Assembly (NCBI GenBank): GCA_052279835.1
Contig: CP181291.1
Coordinates: forward strand, 3,168,001-3,232,000
DNA: 64,000 bases
Source of the DNA: Microcoleus sp.
Lineage (GTDB): Bacteria; Cyanobacteriota; Cyanobacteriia; Cyanobacteriales; Microcoleaceae
Direction of reading: 5' to 3'
The notes beneath the pieces were generated by a model. That model saw only the letters and a list, made by a program, of their open reading frames with translations. It had not been told where the DNA came from and did no database searches. Made by a program: the position numbers and the translations under genes. Of this stretch, positions 51,052 to 62,900 are shown piece after piece (position 1 is the first letter of the stretch; each line of letters begins with the position of its first letter).

Positions 51052-51636
51052 ATGTCAGTACCACCGATGGAATCGCCATTATCCTCTACTCCCCTATTTG
51101 AACCTGCGGTATTCCGACTTTCTCCTTTAATTAGAATCACCCTTTTGAGTTTGTACGCAGCCTTAACAATTCCCTTACCTTTTTTGTCGGCAGCAACGGC
51201 AGCACCGGTGCCTGCTAATATTATTTGGGCGGGAATTGTAGTCGGCGCTGTGGGTTTGTATGGCGTACTTAGCGAAAGGGTAATTGTGAATGACCAGGAA
51301 ATTCAAGTAACTTATCCCAACTGGTTTCCCAAAGTATTTCGCAGAGGTTGGTCTTTAGCTTGGACAGAGGTCAAAGCTCTTAAACCTCGCTCTACTGGTC
51401 AAGGTGGTTTAGTTTATTATTTTTTGAGTCATTCGGGAGAGGGTTATTTATTACCCATGCGAGTGGCGGGATTTGCCAAATTAGTCCGTTTAGTTGAAGC
51501 AAAAACAGGCATTGATACTACAGATGTCCGCCCTTTGTCTCAGCCTTGGATGTATTTGATTTTGCTCTTATGTACCCTGCTGTTACTCTTAGTTGATGGG
51601 TGGACGATTGTCACGGCGATCGCCTTCAAACCTTAA
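51052..51636 (+). CDS. Conserved cyanobacterial membrane protein
   Basis: It has FRLSPLIRITLLSLY, TGQGGLVYYF, LLPMRVAGF and three TM segments. Confidence 0.82.
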   Translation: MSVPPMESPLSSTPLFEPAVFRLSPLIRITLLSLYAALTIPLPFLSAATAAPVPANIIWAGIVVGAVGLYGVLSERVIVNDQEIQVTYPNWFPKVFRRGWSLAWTEVKALKPRSTGQGGLVYYFLSHSGEGYLLPMRVAGFAKLVRLVEAKTGIDTTDVRPLSQPWMYLILLLCTLLLLLVDGWTIVTAIAFKP

Positions 51637-51692
51637 TTGTTGACTGTTAGCTGTCGGCTGAAGGTCAACCCTCAACAGTTAACAGTTAACAG

Positions 51693-52238
51693 TTAGCGAC
51701 TAGCAATCATTCCCGTCTGACGTGCGTAAGCAAAGAGTCCGCCGGCATCAATGACTGGGCCTACTTCTCCTAAAGGTTTGAGGTCATAGGTGCAATCTAG
51801 AGTATGGTTGATAATTTGCTCTGCTGTAAAGTCGATGGTCACTTCTTGGCCAGTAGCAAACAAATCGCAGAGTCGATCGGCTGATTCGATCGGATATAAT
51901 TCACCAGTAGCCGAACAATTGCGAAAGAAAATGCGGGCATAGGACAAAGCTACCACAGCCTCCACCCCAGCAGCCCCAAGAGCTATGGGAGCGTGTTCTC
52001 GCGAAGAACCGCAGCCAAAATTTTCCCCAGCAATGATAATCTGATAGCGGGTTTTCATTTCACCCGGTTCCATAAACTTACCATAGCGATCGGGCAACCC
52101 AATCATGGCGTAACTGCCAAGTTTATCGTACTCATCCGGCTTCGAGGGAACCAAAGTCAGGTATTCGGCTGGGATAATTTGATCTGTATCGATGTTGTCA
52201 TCTACCACAAAAATTTGACCGCTAATTACTTTACCCAT
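51693..52238 (-). CDS. leuD: 3-isopropylmalate dehydratase small subunit
   Basis: It has DNIDTDQIIPAEYL, AGENFGCGSSREHAP, SYARIFFRN and IDAGGLFAYA. Confidence 0.95.
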   Translation of the reverse strand: MGKVISGQIFVVDDNIDTDQIIPAEYLTLVPSKPDEYDKLGSYAMIGLPDRYGKFMEPGEMKTRYQIIIAGENFGCGSSREHAPIALGAAGVEAVVALSYARIFFRNCSATGELYPIESADRLCDLFATGQEVTIDFTAEQIINHTLDCTYDLKPLGEVGPVIDAGGLFAYARQTGMIASR

Positions 52239-52395
52239 AGTTTATTTTCAGTTAGCCTCAAAGATGCTTTAGTCATGCTGTCAAGTCAGATGTCTATTTT
52301 AACCTGGGAGTGTCAATGGTAATCTGTATGAATAAAAATTTAGCTCCGAAAGTTTGGTTAAAAATTAACAGATTGCTAAGCGTCAACATATCTTT

Positions 52396-53265
52396 ATGGT
52401 GAATACAGTAGATGATATTGCCCGACAAGCCCGCGAGGGGTCTGTGGCAGCGATTATTCAAATCCTCAACGATCGACTTGCACAGATAGGCGTTAGAACT
52501 AGAGCCGTGTTTGCCGATGGGGTGCTCCAACTGTTGTGCGAGTCGGCCACCGCCGATTTGCTAGAACAGTCTAGCTTGGTCTCCCGCATCCGGGAAATTT
52601 TGGAGCAACTTTCGCCCCGAAATATTCGCCGAGTCAATATCAACAGCCGGATTGTCCGAGAACACCAACTGCTGTGGCTGGAAGAAATTCGCCGGGACCC
52701 GGAAAATCAACTCCTGTGGTGTCAAGAGATTAAACTGAGAAAAGTCCATTTTTGGCAGCGTTTCGCGATCGCCCAAACCGAGCGCCAAGGTCAGAAACCG
52801 GCTTTGCCCAAAATGGCGAAACAGCATCGATGGTCGATGCAGGAACCGCGACAATTTCAGCGCGGCATCATTGGTGGTATCGCCCTGAGCGTGTTGTTAC
52901 TCGTCGCCGTTGCAGCTATCTACAAAGGTTTCAATTCTCCATCGCTCAATACTACAGCCGCTACTACCCAAGCTACTGTTACTCCGATTCCCTCCGGGCC
53001 GACTCCTCCACAGAAAATTGCTCGCGAGACTGGAAACTCCGACTCTTTTGCACAAGCCGTGCGGTTGGCAGAACAAGCAGCCGCCGAAGGCAAAAGTGCC
53101 CAATCACGACCGGATTGGTTAGTTGTGGCCGCTAAGTGGCAGCAAGCTTCGGATTTAATGGCCTCGGTACCATCGAAACATCCCCGTTTCACAACGGCTA
53201 GCAACCGGGTGGCACTTTATCGCCAAAATAGCGAAAAAGCCCAACAGGAAGCACAAAATAGGTAA
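52396..53265 (+). CDS. Conserved cyanobacterial single-TM hypothetical protein
   Basis: 289-aa ORF with ARQAREGSVAAIIQILN, a central TM helix and a C-terminal helical FAQAVRLA...WQQASDLM. Confidence 0.8.
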   Translation: MVNTVDDIARQAREGSVAAIIQILNDRLAQIGVRTRAVFADGVLQLLCESATADLLEQSSLVSRIREILEQLSPRNIRRVNINSRIVREHQLLWLEEIRRDPENQLLWCQEIKLRKVHFWQRFAIAQTERQGQKPALPKMAKQHRWSMQEPRQFQRGIIGGIALSVLLLVAVAAIYKGFNSPSLNTTAATTQATVTPIPSGPTPPQKIARETGNSDSFAQAVRLAEQAAAEGKSAQSRPDWLVVAAKWQQASDLMASVPSKHPRFTTASNRVALYRQNSEKAQQEAQNR

Positions 53266-53598
53266 GGTGTACAGCCTGACAAAATCTGGCTTGAGCAGAG
53301 TTAATATGGAGCCTAGTAGGGCTTAACAACATTTTTTGACTAAAAATTTGTTTGTTTTTAGATAGTGCCATAATTATTTATGAGATATAATTAATTTGTG
53401 CGATCTAAATCACTCAGTGGATAGACTTGGATCACATAATAAATTTGCTAGAATCACAGACTAAAATAGGCAACATCACAGGTTTTGGAGAGGGGTGTCA
53501 CCAAGCAGTCACGACAAAAGCTGAATAATAATACCGGATAGCTTCTATCTTTGCAGCGATCGCAGGCTCAAACATCTTAAAATAAAGGCTTGGCTGCC

Positions 53599-55821
53599 AT
53601 GACAAATTATCAGGGAAGTCAAGACTGTGACCCGATCGACCGATCGCCCTCAGAGTCTTGTACGTTGCACTTACAGCAAATCACAGAACCAGTCTCAGTC
53701 CAAAAATTTCTGGATCGAATAATGCAGTACCAGGTCGATCCTGCTCAAATCGGGCGACAAATTTGCCAAATTATCGCGACAAGCTTTCATGAAGAAACGC
53801 TACTGCTGGAGATAGCTAATACTTTAGGAGCAGCTTGTCAAGCAGACTACTGTTTAGTTGCTGCTGTGAGTGACAATCGCATCGCCATTCCGAACGCAGG
53901 CTGGGGCATTTTCGGCGATCGAATCAATTCCACAGTGATTTCCGATGCAGCAGTTTTAACCCAAAGATCCGAAATTCCTGAAACAGAAATCTTAAACTCG
54001 CTATTAATTTCACTCCCAGAGCATCTCCTAGTAAATATACTGACACATGGTGAAATACTAGGGATTTCCGACCTTCAAGACGATCGATCGCCCAACAGGT
54101 CCCATTCCTTAGTCCCATCCCTTCCTTTCCGAGGGATTTTAGCATCGCCAACGCGATTTCGCGGGGCTGTTAATGGGATAATTATCATGGCTACTACCCA
54201 ACCCCAGGAGTGGTCTGCGGCTTCGCGGCAGTGTCTAGAATTAGCATCAGATGCGATCGCCTCCGCCATCTCCCACATTCAAAAAACTCAAGAAATTGCC
54301 CATTTAAACCAAAAATTAGAGCAACAAACTAAATACAAAAAGCTATTGAATAGCGTTACCAAAGAAATCGCAAAAAATGCAGAAATAGATCTAACTTTGC
54401 AACAGGTGATAGCAAGTACCAGCCAAAGCCTAGAAGTAGATAGAGTTCAAATCCTGTCATTAAAATATACAGCACCATTTTCACAAATAAGCTCTCTCAA
54501 TCAACCTAGCCCAACAACAATTGCCTTAGTTTGTGAATACGAGCCAAAAAAATTAGAAAAGCCACCGATCGCCCAAACAGAAACATCCCCAAAAAAATCA
54601 AAGCCTCCCACCAAAAATCAATATAAAACCACCAATAATCAAGCCAAAATCAGCAACTCACTATCGAAAAATATTAGGGATTTTAGGATATCGGAATCTA
54701 GTTTGTGCCAGTCAGCATTCAATAGCGCCCCCCAATCCTTCGCCTTGGCTGATGCAGGGGAAATAATCAACCAGGAACCGCAAAACTCAGTAGAAATCTT
54801 GAAACTTCAGGACACTCGCGCCTTGGTGCTGGTTCCCTTGATTGGCGGCCGGACACAGGAAACTGTCTGGGGTTTCTTGCTATTGCAAAATTCCCAACCT
54901 CGCACTTGGCAAATTGCAGAATTAGAGGTTTTGGAATCCATCGCCTCTCAAGTCACCAGGGCGATACTTGAGTTTGAAAAACTCCAAGAACTGCAAACTC
55001 AGCTAGAATATAGAAGCACTCAATTGGCAAACAGTCTAGATGTCCAGGAAAAACTGCACGAACAATCTGCCAATCAATTAGAGCAAATACGCAAGTTAAG
55101 GCTGATCCAAGACGAGTTCCTGAGCGTAGTCAGTCACGAGTTACGCACTCCTTTGACGATCATGAAGCTAGCAATTATGATGCTAAAACAAGCAGACCAG
55201 TCATTGCAGAGTCGGATTAAATATCTGGATATTCTAGAGCAGCAGTGTTCTAAAGAAACAGACTTGGTTAGCGATTTGCTAGCACTCAAACAGCTTGATG
55301 CTCAACAATTCCCCATGTTTCTAGTTTCGGTCTCTCTCAAGAGTATAATTCAAGATTTGGCTGAGGATTTTGAGCAAAAGTGGGTAGATAAAGGATTAAC
55401 TTTGGTTCAGGATTTCTCGAAACCATTACCTCGCTTGGAAACCGACAATGATAGTCTCCATCGCATCTTGTTGGAACTTTTGACCAATGCCGGCAAATAC
55501 TCGGCTCGTGGAACTGAGGTGACTTTGGAGATATCTCAAGCAAGTGGCAGTATTGTCATCAAAATATCAAATTTGGGCCTTGGGATTTCTGCTGCTGATT
55601 TACCCCACATCTTTGAAAAATTCCGCCGTGGGACAGGTATTACTCAGCAAGCTATCCCTGGTACGGGTTTGGGTCTAGCTCTGGTAAAGTGTTTAGTACA
55701 GCACTTGAATGGTACTATTGAGGTCTCTAGTAGTCCGTCAGAGATTTTGGAAAACGATCCGTTGTGGCGTACATCTTTTACTCTGAATTTACCCCAATTT
55801 CCAGGGGGTAGATACTCCTGA
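53599..55821 (+). CDS. GAF-domain sensor histidine kinase
   Basis: It has two GAF-like regions, the H-box SHELRTPLT, the N-box ELLTNAGKYS and the G-box PGTGLGLAL. Confidence 0.9.
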   Translation: MTNYQGSQDCDPIDRSPSESCTLHLQQITEPVSVQKFLDRIMQYQVDPAQIGRQICQIIATSFHEETLLLEIANTLGAACQADYCLVAAVSDNRIAIPNAGWGIFGDRINSTVISDAAVLTQRSEIPETEILNSLLISLPEHLLVNILTHGEILGISDLQDDRSPNRSHSLVPSLPFRGILASPTRFRGAVNGIIIMATTQPQEWSAASRQCLELASDAIASAISHIQKTQEIAHLNQKLEQQTKYKKLLNSVTKEIAKNAEIDLTLQQVIASTSQSLEVDRVQILSLKYTAPFSQISSLNQPSPTTIALVCEYEPKKLEKPPIAQTETSPKKSKPPTKNQYKTTNNQAKISNSLSKNIRDFRISESSLCQSAFNSAPQSFALADAGEIINQEPQNSVEILKLQDTRALVLVPLIGGRTQETVWGFLLLQNSQPRTWQIAELEVLESIASQVTRAILEFEKLQELQTQLEYRSTQLANSLDVQEKLHEQSANQLEQIRKLRLIQDEFLSVVSHELRTPLTIMKLAIMMLKQADQSLQSRIKYLDILEQQCSKETDLVSDLLALKQLDAQQFPMFLVSVSLKSIIQDLAEDFEQKWVDKGLTLVQDFSKPLPRLETDNDSLHRILLELLTNAGKYSARGTEVTLEISQASGSIVIKISNLGLGISAADLPHIFEKFRRGTGITQQAIPGTGLGLALVKCLVQHLNGTIEVSSSPSEILENDPLWRTSFTLNLPQFPGGRYS

Positions 55822-55991
55822 CCCAAAACATACCTCAACTTCCCTAAGCCTATTTGTTGACAGTTGACAGTTGACCCTTCGACTAACCAACGGCGAAGCT
55901 GAGCTCTTAACAGCGAGCGGGCATCGTTGTTGACGGTTGACTGCTCAACAGTGAACAGCTAACAGTCAACAGCGATGGAATCTCCCTTATT

Positions 55992-57671
55992 ATGCTCATC
56001 AAAGCTGCACCTAAAACCCTACGTTGGCAACGTTCTCAATATTCACCGTTAGCACGACAAATAGATGTTTTTGCAGCAGCGGCCAAGTTTATATTTTGTC
56101 TGTGGTGGGATGGACTGCTGCAAAACAAATCTGCCCATACTAGAAGAATTCGCGCCCATTGGTTGGTCAATACTTTGTTGCATTTGGGTCCGACTTTTAT
56201 CAAAATCGGACAGTCTCTTTCCACTAGGGCTGATTTGCTCCCCTTGGAGTACGTCAAGGAACTCGAACAATTACAAGACCGGGTGCCGGAGTTTAGTTCC
56301 GAAGAGGCGATCGCCCTGATAGAATCAGAATTGGGCAAAGATATTTATGCTTTGTATCGCGATTTTGACCCTTGTCCCATTGCCGCCGCCAGTCTCGGAC
56401 AGGTGCACAGGGCTAGACTGCACACCGGAGAAGATGTAGTTGTCAAAGTGCAGCGCCCCGGATTGGAAAAATTATTTGACTTGGATGTGAAAGCCGTTCG
56501 CCAAGTGATGAATTTATGCAATAAGTATTTTCCGGGAATTCGCAAGTACGACCTGGAATCTATTTATCATGAGTTTTTTAAGATTTTATATCAAGAAATT
56601 GACTATATACAAGAAGGCAAAAATGCCGATCGCTTTGGCAAGAATTTTCAAGGATATCCTCGGATTATTGTGCCAAAAGTATATTGGCAATACACTACCA
56701 AAAAAGTGCTGACTGTACAATACGCCCCTGGTATTAAAGTGGATGACCGCCTGAGCTTAGAGGCGATAGGAGTAGATATTGTCAAGCTCAATCAACTGGG
56801 AATTTGCTGTTACTTGAAACAGTTGTTGATTGACGGTTTTTTTCAAGCAGACCCCCATCCCGGAAATTTAGCCGTCACAGAAGATGGTAGTTTAATTTTT
56901 TATGATTTTGGGATGATGGCAGAGGTTAAGTCTTTGGAAAAAGACCAGATGGTCAAGACTTTTTTTGCTGTGATGAGAAAGGATACTGACGAGGTACTCG
57001 ATACTTTAATGACCATCGGCTTAGTGGAGCCGATGCCGGATCTGATGCCGGTACGCCGACTGATTACTTTTCTGTTGGATAAGTTTATTGATAAGCCGAT
57101 CGACTTTCAAGCCTTTAATGAGATTAAAAACGAATTGTACATCATGTTCGAGCAGCAACCGTTTCGTATGCCTGCACAAATGATGTTTATTCTCAAGTCA
57201 GTGACTACCCTCGATGGCATTGCCAGAACCCTCGACCCAAACTACAATTTTCTAGCATCTGCTCAGCCTTTTGTCAAGAGTATTGCGATTAGTAAAGGTA
57301 GAGGCAATACGGTGGGAGAACTGGCAAGACAAGCGCGAGATTTGATTAGATATAAATTGCAGCAACCGAGCAAATCAGAAGTTTTGTTCAAACGTTTAGA
57401 GCAGCGGATTCTGGATGGAGAATTGCAAATTAAAGTGCGAAATATAGAAAACGAGCGCGCCCTAAAACGCATTTATTTAGCCTTGAAAACTCTGATCTAT
57501 GCGTGTGTGACAGGTTTTGTGCTGGTAGCGGGGACAGTGTTGCTCAAGGGTGGATATGCGAGGGAGGCGATCGCCGCTTTTGTGGTGTCAGGATTCGGCA
57601 GTTTGTTTTTGATACGTTCTTTTGTGGATTTGTTGCTGAAAGAAAAACTAGATCGCCTAGCGGAAAAATAA
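55992..57671 (+). CDS. AarF/ABC1/UbiB-family kinase
   Basis: It has LGPTFIKIGQSLSTRADLLP, PIAAASLGQVH, VVVKVQRPG, FFQADPHPGN and YDFGMM. Confidence 0.95.
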   Translation: MLIKAAPKTLRWQRSQYSPLARQIDVFAAAAKFIFCLWWDGLLQNKSAHTRRIRAHWLVNTLLHLGPTFIKIGQSLSTRADLLPLEYVKELEQLQDRVPEFSSEEAIALIESELGKDIYALYRDFDPCPIAAASLGQVHRARLHTGEDVVVKVQRPGLEKLFDLDVKAVRQVMNLCNKYFPGIRKYDLESIYHEFFKILYQEIDYIQEGKNADRFGKNFQGYPRIIVPKVYWQYTTKKVLTVQYAPGIKVDDRLSLEAIGVDIVKLNQLGICCYLKQLLIDGFFQADPHPGNLAVTEDGSLIFYDFGMMAEVKSLEKDQMVKTFFAVMRKDTDEVLDTLMTIGLVEPMPDLMPVRRLITFLLDKFIDKPIDFQAFNEIKNELYIMFEQQPFRMPAQMMFILKSVTTLDGIARTLDPNYNFLASAQPFVKSIAISKGRGNTVGELARQARDLIRYKLQQPSKSEVLFKRLEQRILDGELQIKVRNIENERALKRIYLALKTLIYACVTGFVLVAGTVLLKGGYAREAIAAFVVSGFGSLFLIRSFVDLLLKEKLDRLAEK

Positions 57672-57780
57672 ATCTTAAACCTAGAGATATTAAGGCCAAA
57701 AAGTCAGAAGAATCTCCGTATCTTTAGACCGGGGACTGTCAATGCTGTAATAATTGGTTAAAGCACAGTTTCCTTGAAAA

Positions 57781-59925
57781 ATGCTGACACCTGCCACAGC
57801 CCTGACGCCAGCCGAACTAACATCCGCGATCGTCCGCAATCCCCTGATGGTTGCACCCGATACCACAGTGATGGAAGCGATCGCCCAGATGAGTGGCGTC
57901 CGTACCATTTGCTCAACCTCCAAAACCGCAGATAGCCAACTTGACGAACTCCATGTAGAGGCGCGATCGAGCTGCGTCTTAATTGTCCATGATCATCAGT
58001 TGCTGGGAATTCTCACAGAACGAGATATTGTGCGCCTCAGTACCCAAAAACGTTCCTTAGATAGCGTTCCGATCCGTGAGGCAATGACATCTCAGGTGGT
58101 CACTATCCGCGCATCTGCCTTCACGGATTTGTTTTTGGCGCTGAATCTGCTTCAGCAATATCAGATCCGCCACTTACCAGTGCTCGATGACCAAAATCGG
58201 GTGGTGGGAATGTTGACCCACGAAAGTTTGCGACAAACATCGCGCCCCGTAGATTTGTTACGATTGCGCCTAGTAACAGAAGTGATGACCTCTGAAGTGA
58301 TTTGCGCCAATCCTGATGTTTCAATGATGAACATCGCCGAATTGATGGCCCAAAATCGAGTCAGTTCGGTGATGATTGTCGAAGAAAAGGTAGGAAGCGA
58401 TCGCCAAAAACTGCAAATTCCCATCGGGATTGTGACTGAGCGCGATATCGTACAATTTCAGGCTTTAAACCTAAACTTAGAAACCTGTCTGGCAAAATCT
58501 GTGATGAGCACCCCGATTTTTGCGGTGAGTTCAGAAGATTCTCTGTGGACTGTGCAGCAGATGATGGAACAACGGTTAGTCCGCAGACTGGCGGTTACTG
58601 GCAAAGAAGGTGAATTGTTGGGAATTGTAACTCAGACGAGTATTTTGCAGGCGCTCAACCCCATAGAAGTATATAAATTAGCAGAAATTTTAGAAAAAAA
58701 GGTGTTACGACTAGAAGCAGAAAAAGTAGCACTGCTGGAAAATCGGAATATTGAACTAGAGCAGCAAGTGGAGAATCGCACCGCTGGCATGAAGGCAGAA
58801 TCAGAGCAAAAACAACTGATCGCTACCATCGCTTCCCAGATTCGAGCCTCCCTAGATTTACCAGAAATCCTCAATACCACAGTCACAGAAGTGCGATCGC
58901 TCTTAAAGTGCGATCGGGCTGACATCTGGCAGTTTCAAGCAGATGCCAGCGCGATCGTCCTAGTAGAATCAGTTGCACATAAGCAAACAGCAAATCAAAG
59001 CAAATATATTCAGGACAATTGTGTTGATTGGCGGGGAAAATGGCGCAGCGGAATGATTCGAGTAGTAGACGATATCTACACGGCCCCAATCACCGATTGC
59101 CACCGTCAACTATTAGAAGATTTGGAAATTAGAGCCAAAATTTTAGTACCTATTTTCCAAGCAGAAACCCTCTGGGGCTTGCTTTGCGTCGCCGAAAGCC
59201 GGGCACCCCGCCACTGGCAAACAACAGAAATTACTCTCGTGCAACAGTTGGCTACACAACTAGAAATTGCCATTCAACAGGGAACGGCTTACCAACAGGT
59301 ACAAAGCGAATTGGCAGAAAGACGACGGGTGGAGGCCCATTTGCGAGAAAGCGAAAAACGTTTTGCGGCTTTGGCCCAATCTGCTCCCGTGGGGATTTTC
59401 CGCACGGATACTAGCGGTAATTGCTTGTTTGTCAACGATCGCTGGTGTGAAATTGCTGGACTTACACCCGATGAAGCATTGGGTACGGGTTGGATTCAAG
59501 GCTTGTATCCAGAGGATCGCGACAGGATTAGCGCCGAGTGGTATCAATCCGCCCAAGAACATCGCCCTTTTAAGTTAGAGTACCGCTTTGGGCGATCGGA
59601 TGGTACTTTCCGTTGGGTGTTTGGACAAGCATCGGCAGAAAGGGACGAAAACGGGCAGATTGTGGGTTATATCGGCACAATTACTGATATTAGCGATCGC
59701 AAACGAACTGAAGAAGCACTGTCCCAACTCAATCAAGAATTAGAACAAAGGGTAGAACAACGGACGCTAGAAGTACATCGCAGTGAATCTCGCCTACAGG
59801 AAGCTCAACACATTGCTCGTCTTGGCCATTGGGAAATTGATTTGGCCCAGTCCAAGATTACTGGTTCTCCTGAGATTTTCGAGATTTTGGGATTGGAGAT
59901 CGATCGTCAGGAAACTGAGTTTTGA
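57781..59925 (+). CDS. N-terminal part of a frameshifted hybrid sensor kinase (4 CBS + CBCR-type GAF + PAS)
   Basis: It has CBS motifs (GILTERDIV, IRHLPV), a GAF with DNCV...DCH, and PAS/PAC (TDISDRK). It stops in the middle of a PAS domain. Confidence 0.85.
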   Translation: MLTPATALTPAELTSAIVRNPLMVAPDTTVMEAIAQMSGVRTICSTSKTADSQLDELHVEARSSCVLIVHDHQLLGILTERDIVRLSTQKRSLDSVPIREAMTSQVVTIRASAFTDLFLALNLLQQYQIRHLPVLDDQNRVVGMLTHESLRQTSRPVDLLRLRLVTEVMTSEVICANPDVSMMNIAELMAQNRVSSVMIVEEKVGSDRQKLQIPIGIVTERDIVQFQALNLNLETCLAKSVMSTPIFAVSSEDSLWTVQQMMEQRLVRRLAVTGKEGELLGIVTQTSILQALNPIEVYKLAEILEKKVLRLEAEKVALLENRNIELEQQVENRTAGMKAESEQKQLIATIASQIRASLDLPEILNTTVTEVRSLLKCDRADIWQFQADASAIVLVESVAHKQTANQSKYIQDNCVDWRGKWRSGMIRVVDDIYTAPITDCHRQLLEDLEIRAKILVPIFQAETLWGLLCVAESRAPRHWQTTEITLVQQLATQLEIAIQQGTAYQQVQSELAERRRVEAHLRESEKRFAALAQSAPVGIFRTDTSGNCLFVNDRWCEIAGLTPDEALGTGWIQGLYPEDRDRISAEWYQSAQEHRPFKLEYRFGRSDGTFRWVFGQASAERDENGQIVGYIGTITDISDRKRTEEALSQLNQELEQRVEQRTLEVHRSESRLQEAQHIARLGHWEIDLAQSKITGSPEIFEILGLEIDRQETEF

Positions 59926-62900
59926 GCAACTCAGACAGCATTTCCATCCCTCAGACTGGACCTATCATCGTAAAACCATCAAAGGAGTTATGCAACTAGG
60001 TGGTAAACACTACGAACTAGACCAGAAAATTATCCGAGCTGATGGCTCCATAGGTTGGATTTTTGCTAAGGGACAAACGGTTTACAATGCTGAGGGTCAG
60101 CTTGTCCGATTGTTTGGCATTGTGATGGATATTAGCGATCGCAAACAGGCAGAAACTGAGTTAGCCCAGAGTGAGGAAAAATTTCGCTGCTTGGTGGAAG
60201 GGATTGATGATTTGATTTGGTCTTGCGATCGAGATGGTAAATTAACTTACTTGTCACCACAATTCAAAATACTCTTTGGTTGGGAACCAGAAGCATGGAT
60301 TGGTCAATCTTTTAGTCTGCTGGTTCATCCAGACGATCGCGATTGGGTTGTGGCTGATGCTCAGCGGATGGTTGTCACTGGTGAAAAGTTCCAGGCTCAG
60401 GAATTCCGACATCTGCACCGGGATAAGGGTTATATTTGGGTACTGTGCAACGCCACGCCGCTCAAAAATGCTGAAGGCATAGTGATGCAATTTCAGGGAA
60501 TTTTACGAGATATTAGCGATCGCAAATTAGCTGAAGAACAGTTGCGCCAACAGAAGGAAACACTTCAAACTATTTTCGATCGCATTCCCCTAATGATTGG
60601 TTTGTTTTCAGTCACTGGGGAAACTGTGATGATTAACCCCGAAATGGAGCGGGTACTTGGTTGGCACCAGGAAGAATACAACGAACTTGATGTTCTAGCA
60701 TCCTGCTATCCCAATTTTGATGATTATCGCAAGGTAGTCGCTCACATGATTCGGGCTGATTCTAGTTGGCAAGATTTTGAAACTCAGGTGCGCGACGGGC
60801 GAAAGTTGATTACTAGCTGGTCTCAAATTCGTTTGTCTAACGGTTCTAGCATTGGTCTGGGACAGGATATTACCGATCGCTTCTTAGCAGAAGAAGCTTT
60901 GCGCGAATCCAAGCAATTTTTGCAAACAGTTCTCAATACTTTTCCCCTGGGAGTATTTTGGAAGAATCGAGAATTTGTTTTTTTAGGTTGCAATCTATAT
61001 TTTGCCCAGGTGGGCAGTTTAGCATCTCCAGAGGAAATTGTAGGCAAGACTGATGAGGATTTTGACTGGGGACTAAGGGAAGCAGTTTTTTGCCGCACTG
61101 ATGATGCAGAAGTCATGGCATCAGGTATAGCTAAACTGGGAATGATCAAGACAATGCTTCAGGCTGACGGTTCGACAATTTGGCTGGAAATTAATAAGAT
61201 TCCTCTGCGAAACATCAAAGGCGAAATAGTCGGATTACTTGGTACTTTTCAGGATATTACCCATCGCAAATTAGCCGAAATTCGCTTGCAACAACAAGCA
61301 GAACAGGAACGCATCCTCACCTTCATCACTCAGCGGATACGGGCTTCTCTGAATCTCAAAGAGATTCTGAATACAGCAGTGGCAGAAGTGCGCGAGATTC
61401 TGAAGGTAGACAGAGTGTTGATCTATCGTGTCTATCCCAGTGGTACGGGGGCTGCGATTGCGGAATCCGTTGCACCGCATTGTCTGAAACTTCTGAATAT
61501 AAATTTTCCCGAAGAAACGTTCCCCCCGGAGAACTATCAGCGATACTTAGATGGCAGAATTTTTGCTTTGAGCGATCGGGAAACGGGGTCTATTTTGCCT
61601 TGTTTAGTAGATTTTTTAAGGCAAATCAAAGTCAGGGCAAAACTGGTATTACCCATTGTGGATAAACAGGAACTTTGGGGATTATTAATCGCTCATCATT
61701 GCGAGGAGTCTCGTGACTGGCAAAACTGGGAAATTGATTTGATGAAACAACTTTCTAACCAATTATCCATCGCTATTCAACAATCTAATTTGTATCAACA
61801 ATTGCAATTAGAGCTAAAAGAAAGACAAGCCAAAGATTTGGTGATTCACAGACAAGTGGAAACGGAATCTTTGCTGAGGGAAATCACTCAACGTATCCGT
61901 GACTCCCTGGATTTACAAACTATTTTTGCCAGGGCTACGGAGGATATTCGTCATTTAATTGATGCCGATCGAGTGGGGATTTTTCAATTTGCTTCCAATT
62001 CTAACTTTAATGAGGGTGAGTTTGTGGCAGAATCTGTGGTAGCAGGATTTAATTCTGTGATGGCGACTAAAATTCACGATCATTGCTTCGGCGAACAGTA
62101 CGCTGTTTACTATCACCAGGGTAGAATTCAGAAAGTCAGTGACATCTATGATTCTGGACTGACAGAATGTCACATCAATATTTTGGCACAATTTCATGTG
62201 CGGGCGAATCTGGCAGTGCCATTATTAGATGGATCGAATTTGTGGGGATTGTTGTGCATCCATCAATGTTCTCGACCCCGCTATTGGAGAGAGTCGGAGA
62301 TTAATTTAGTTAAGCAAATTGCCAATCAATTGGCGATCGGCATTCAGCAGGCAAATCTTTTTGACCAGTTGCAAAAGGAGTTACAGGAACGCCAACAAGC
62401 AGAAACAAAACTTACTGAAATTAATCAACAGTTGGCTATTTCTAACCAAGAACTTGCCCGCGCTACTCGTCTCAAGGATGAATTTCTGGCGAACATGAGC
62501 CATGAATTGCGAACTCCCCTAAACGCTATTTTGGGGATGACAGAGGCTTTGCAGGATGAGATTTTTGGTGCGATTAACGAGCGACAAATACGAGCTTTGC
62601 AAACTGTTGAGCATAGTGGGAATCATCTGTTGTCCTTAATCAATGATATTCTCGATCTTGCCAAAATAGAATCGGGACAGGTAGAATTAAATTGTAGTCC
62701 CACAGCCGTTGATAGTTTGTGTCAGTCTAGTTTGACTTTGGTGAAACAGCAAGCTTTACAAAAAAGGATTCAACTTCAGGTAAAAATTCCCGCGAACCTC
62801 CCAGAAATAGTGCTGGATGAACGTCGGATTCGACAAGTTTTAATTAATTTGCTCAATAATGCGATTAAGTTTACTCCTGAAGGTGGCAGTGTGATTTTGG

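Noticed and set aside
59783..59911. GTG start at 59783 for an independent downstream kinase
   Set aside because: The first 43 codons overlap the real PAS-coding frame and look non-protein-like, so a frameshifted single gene explains it better.
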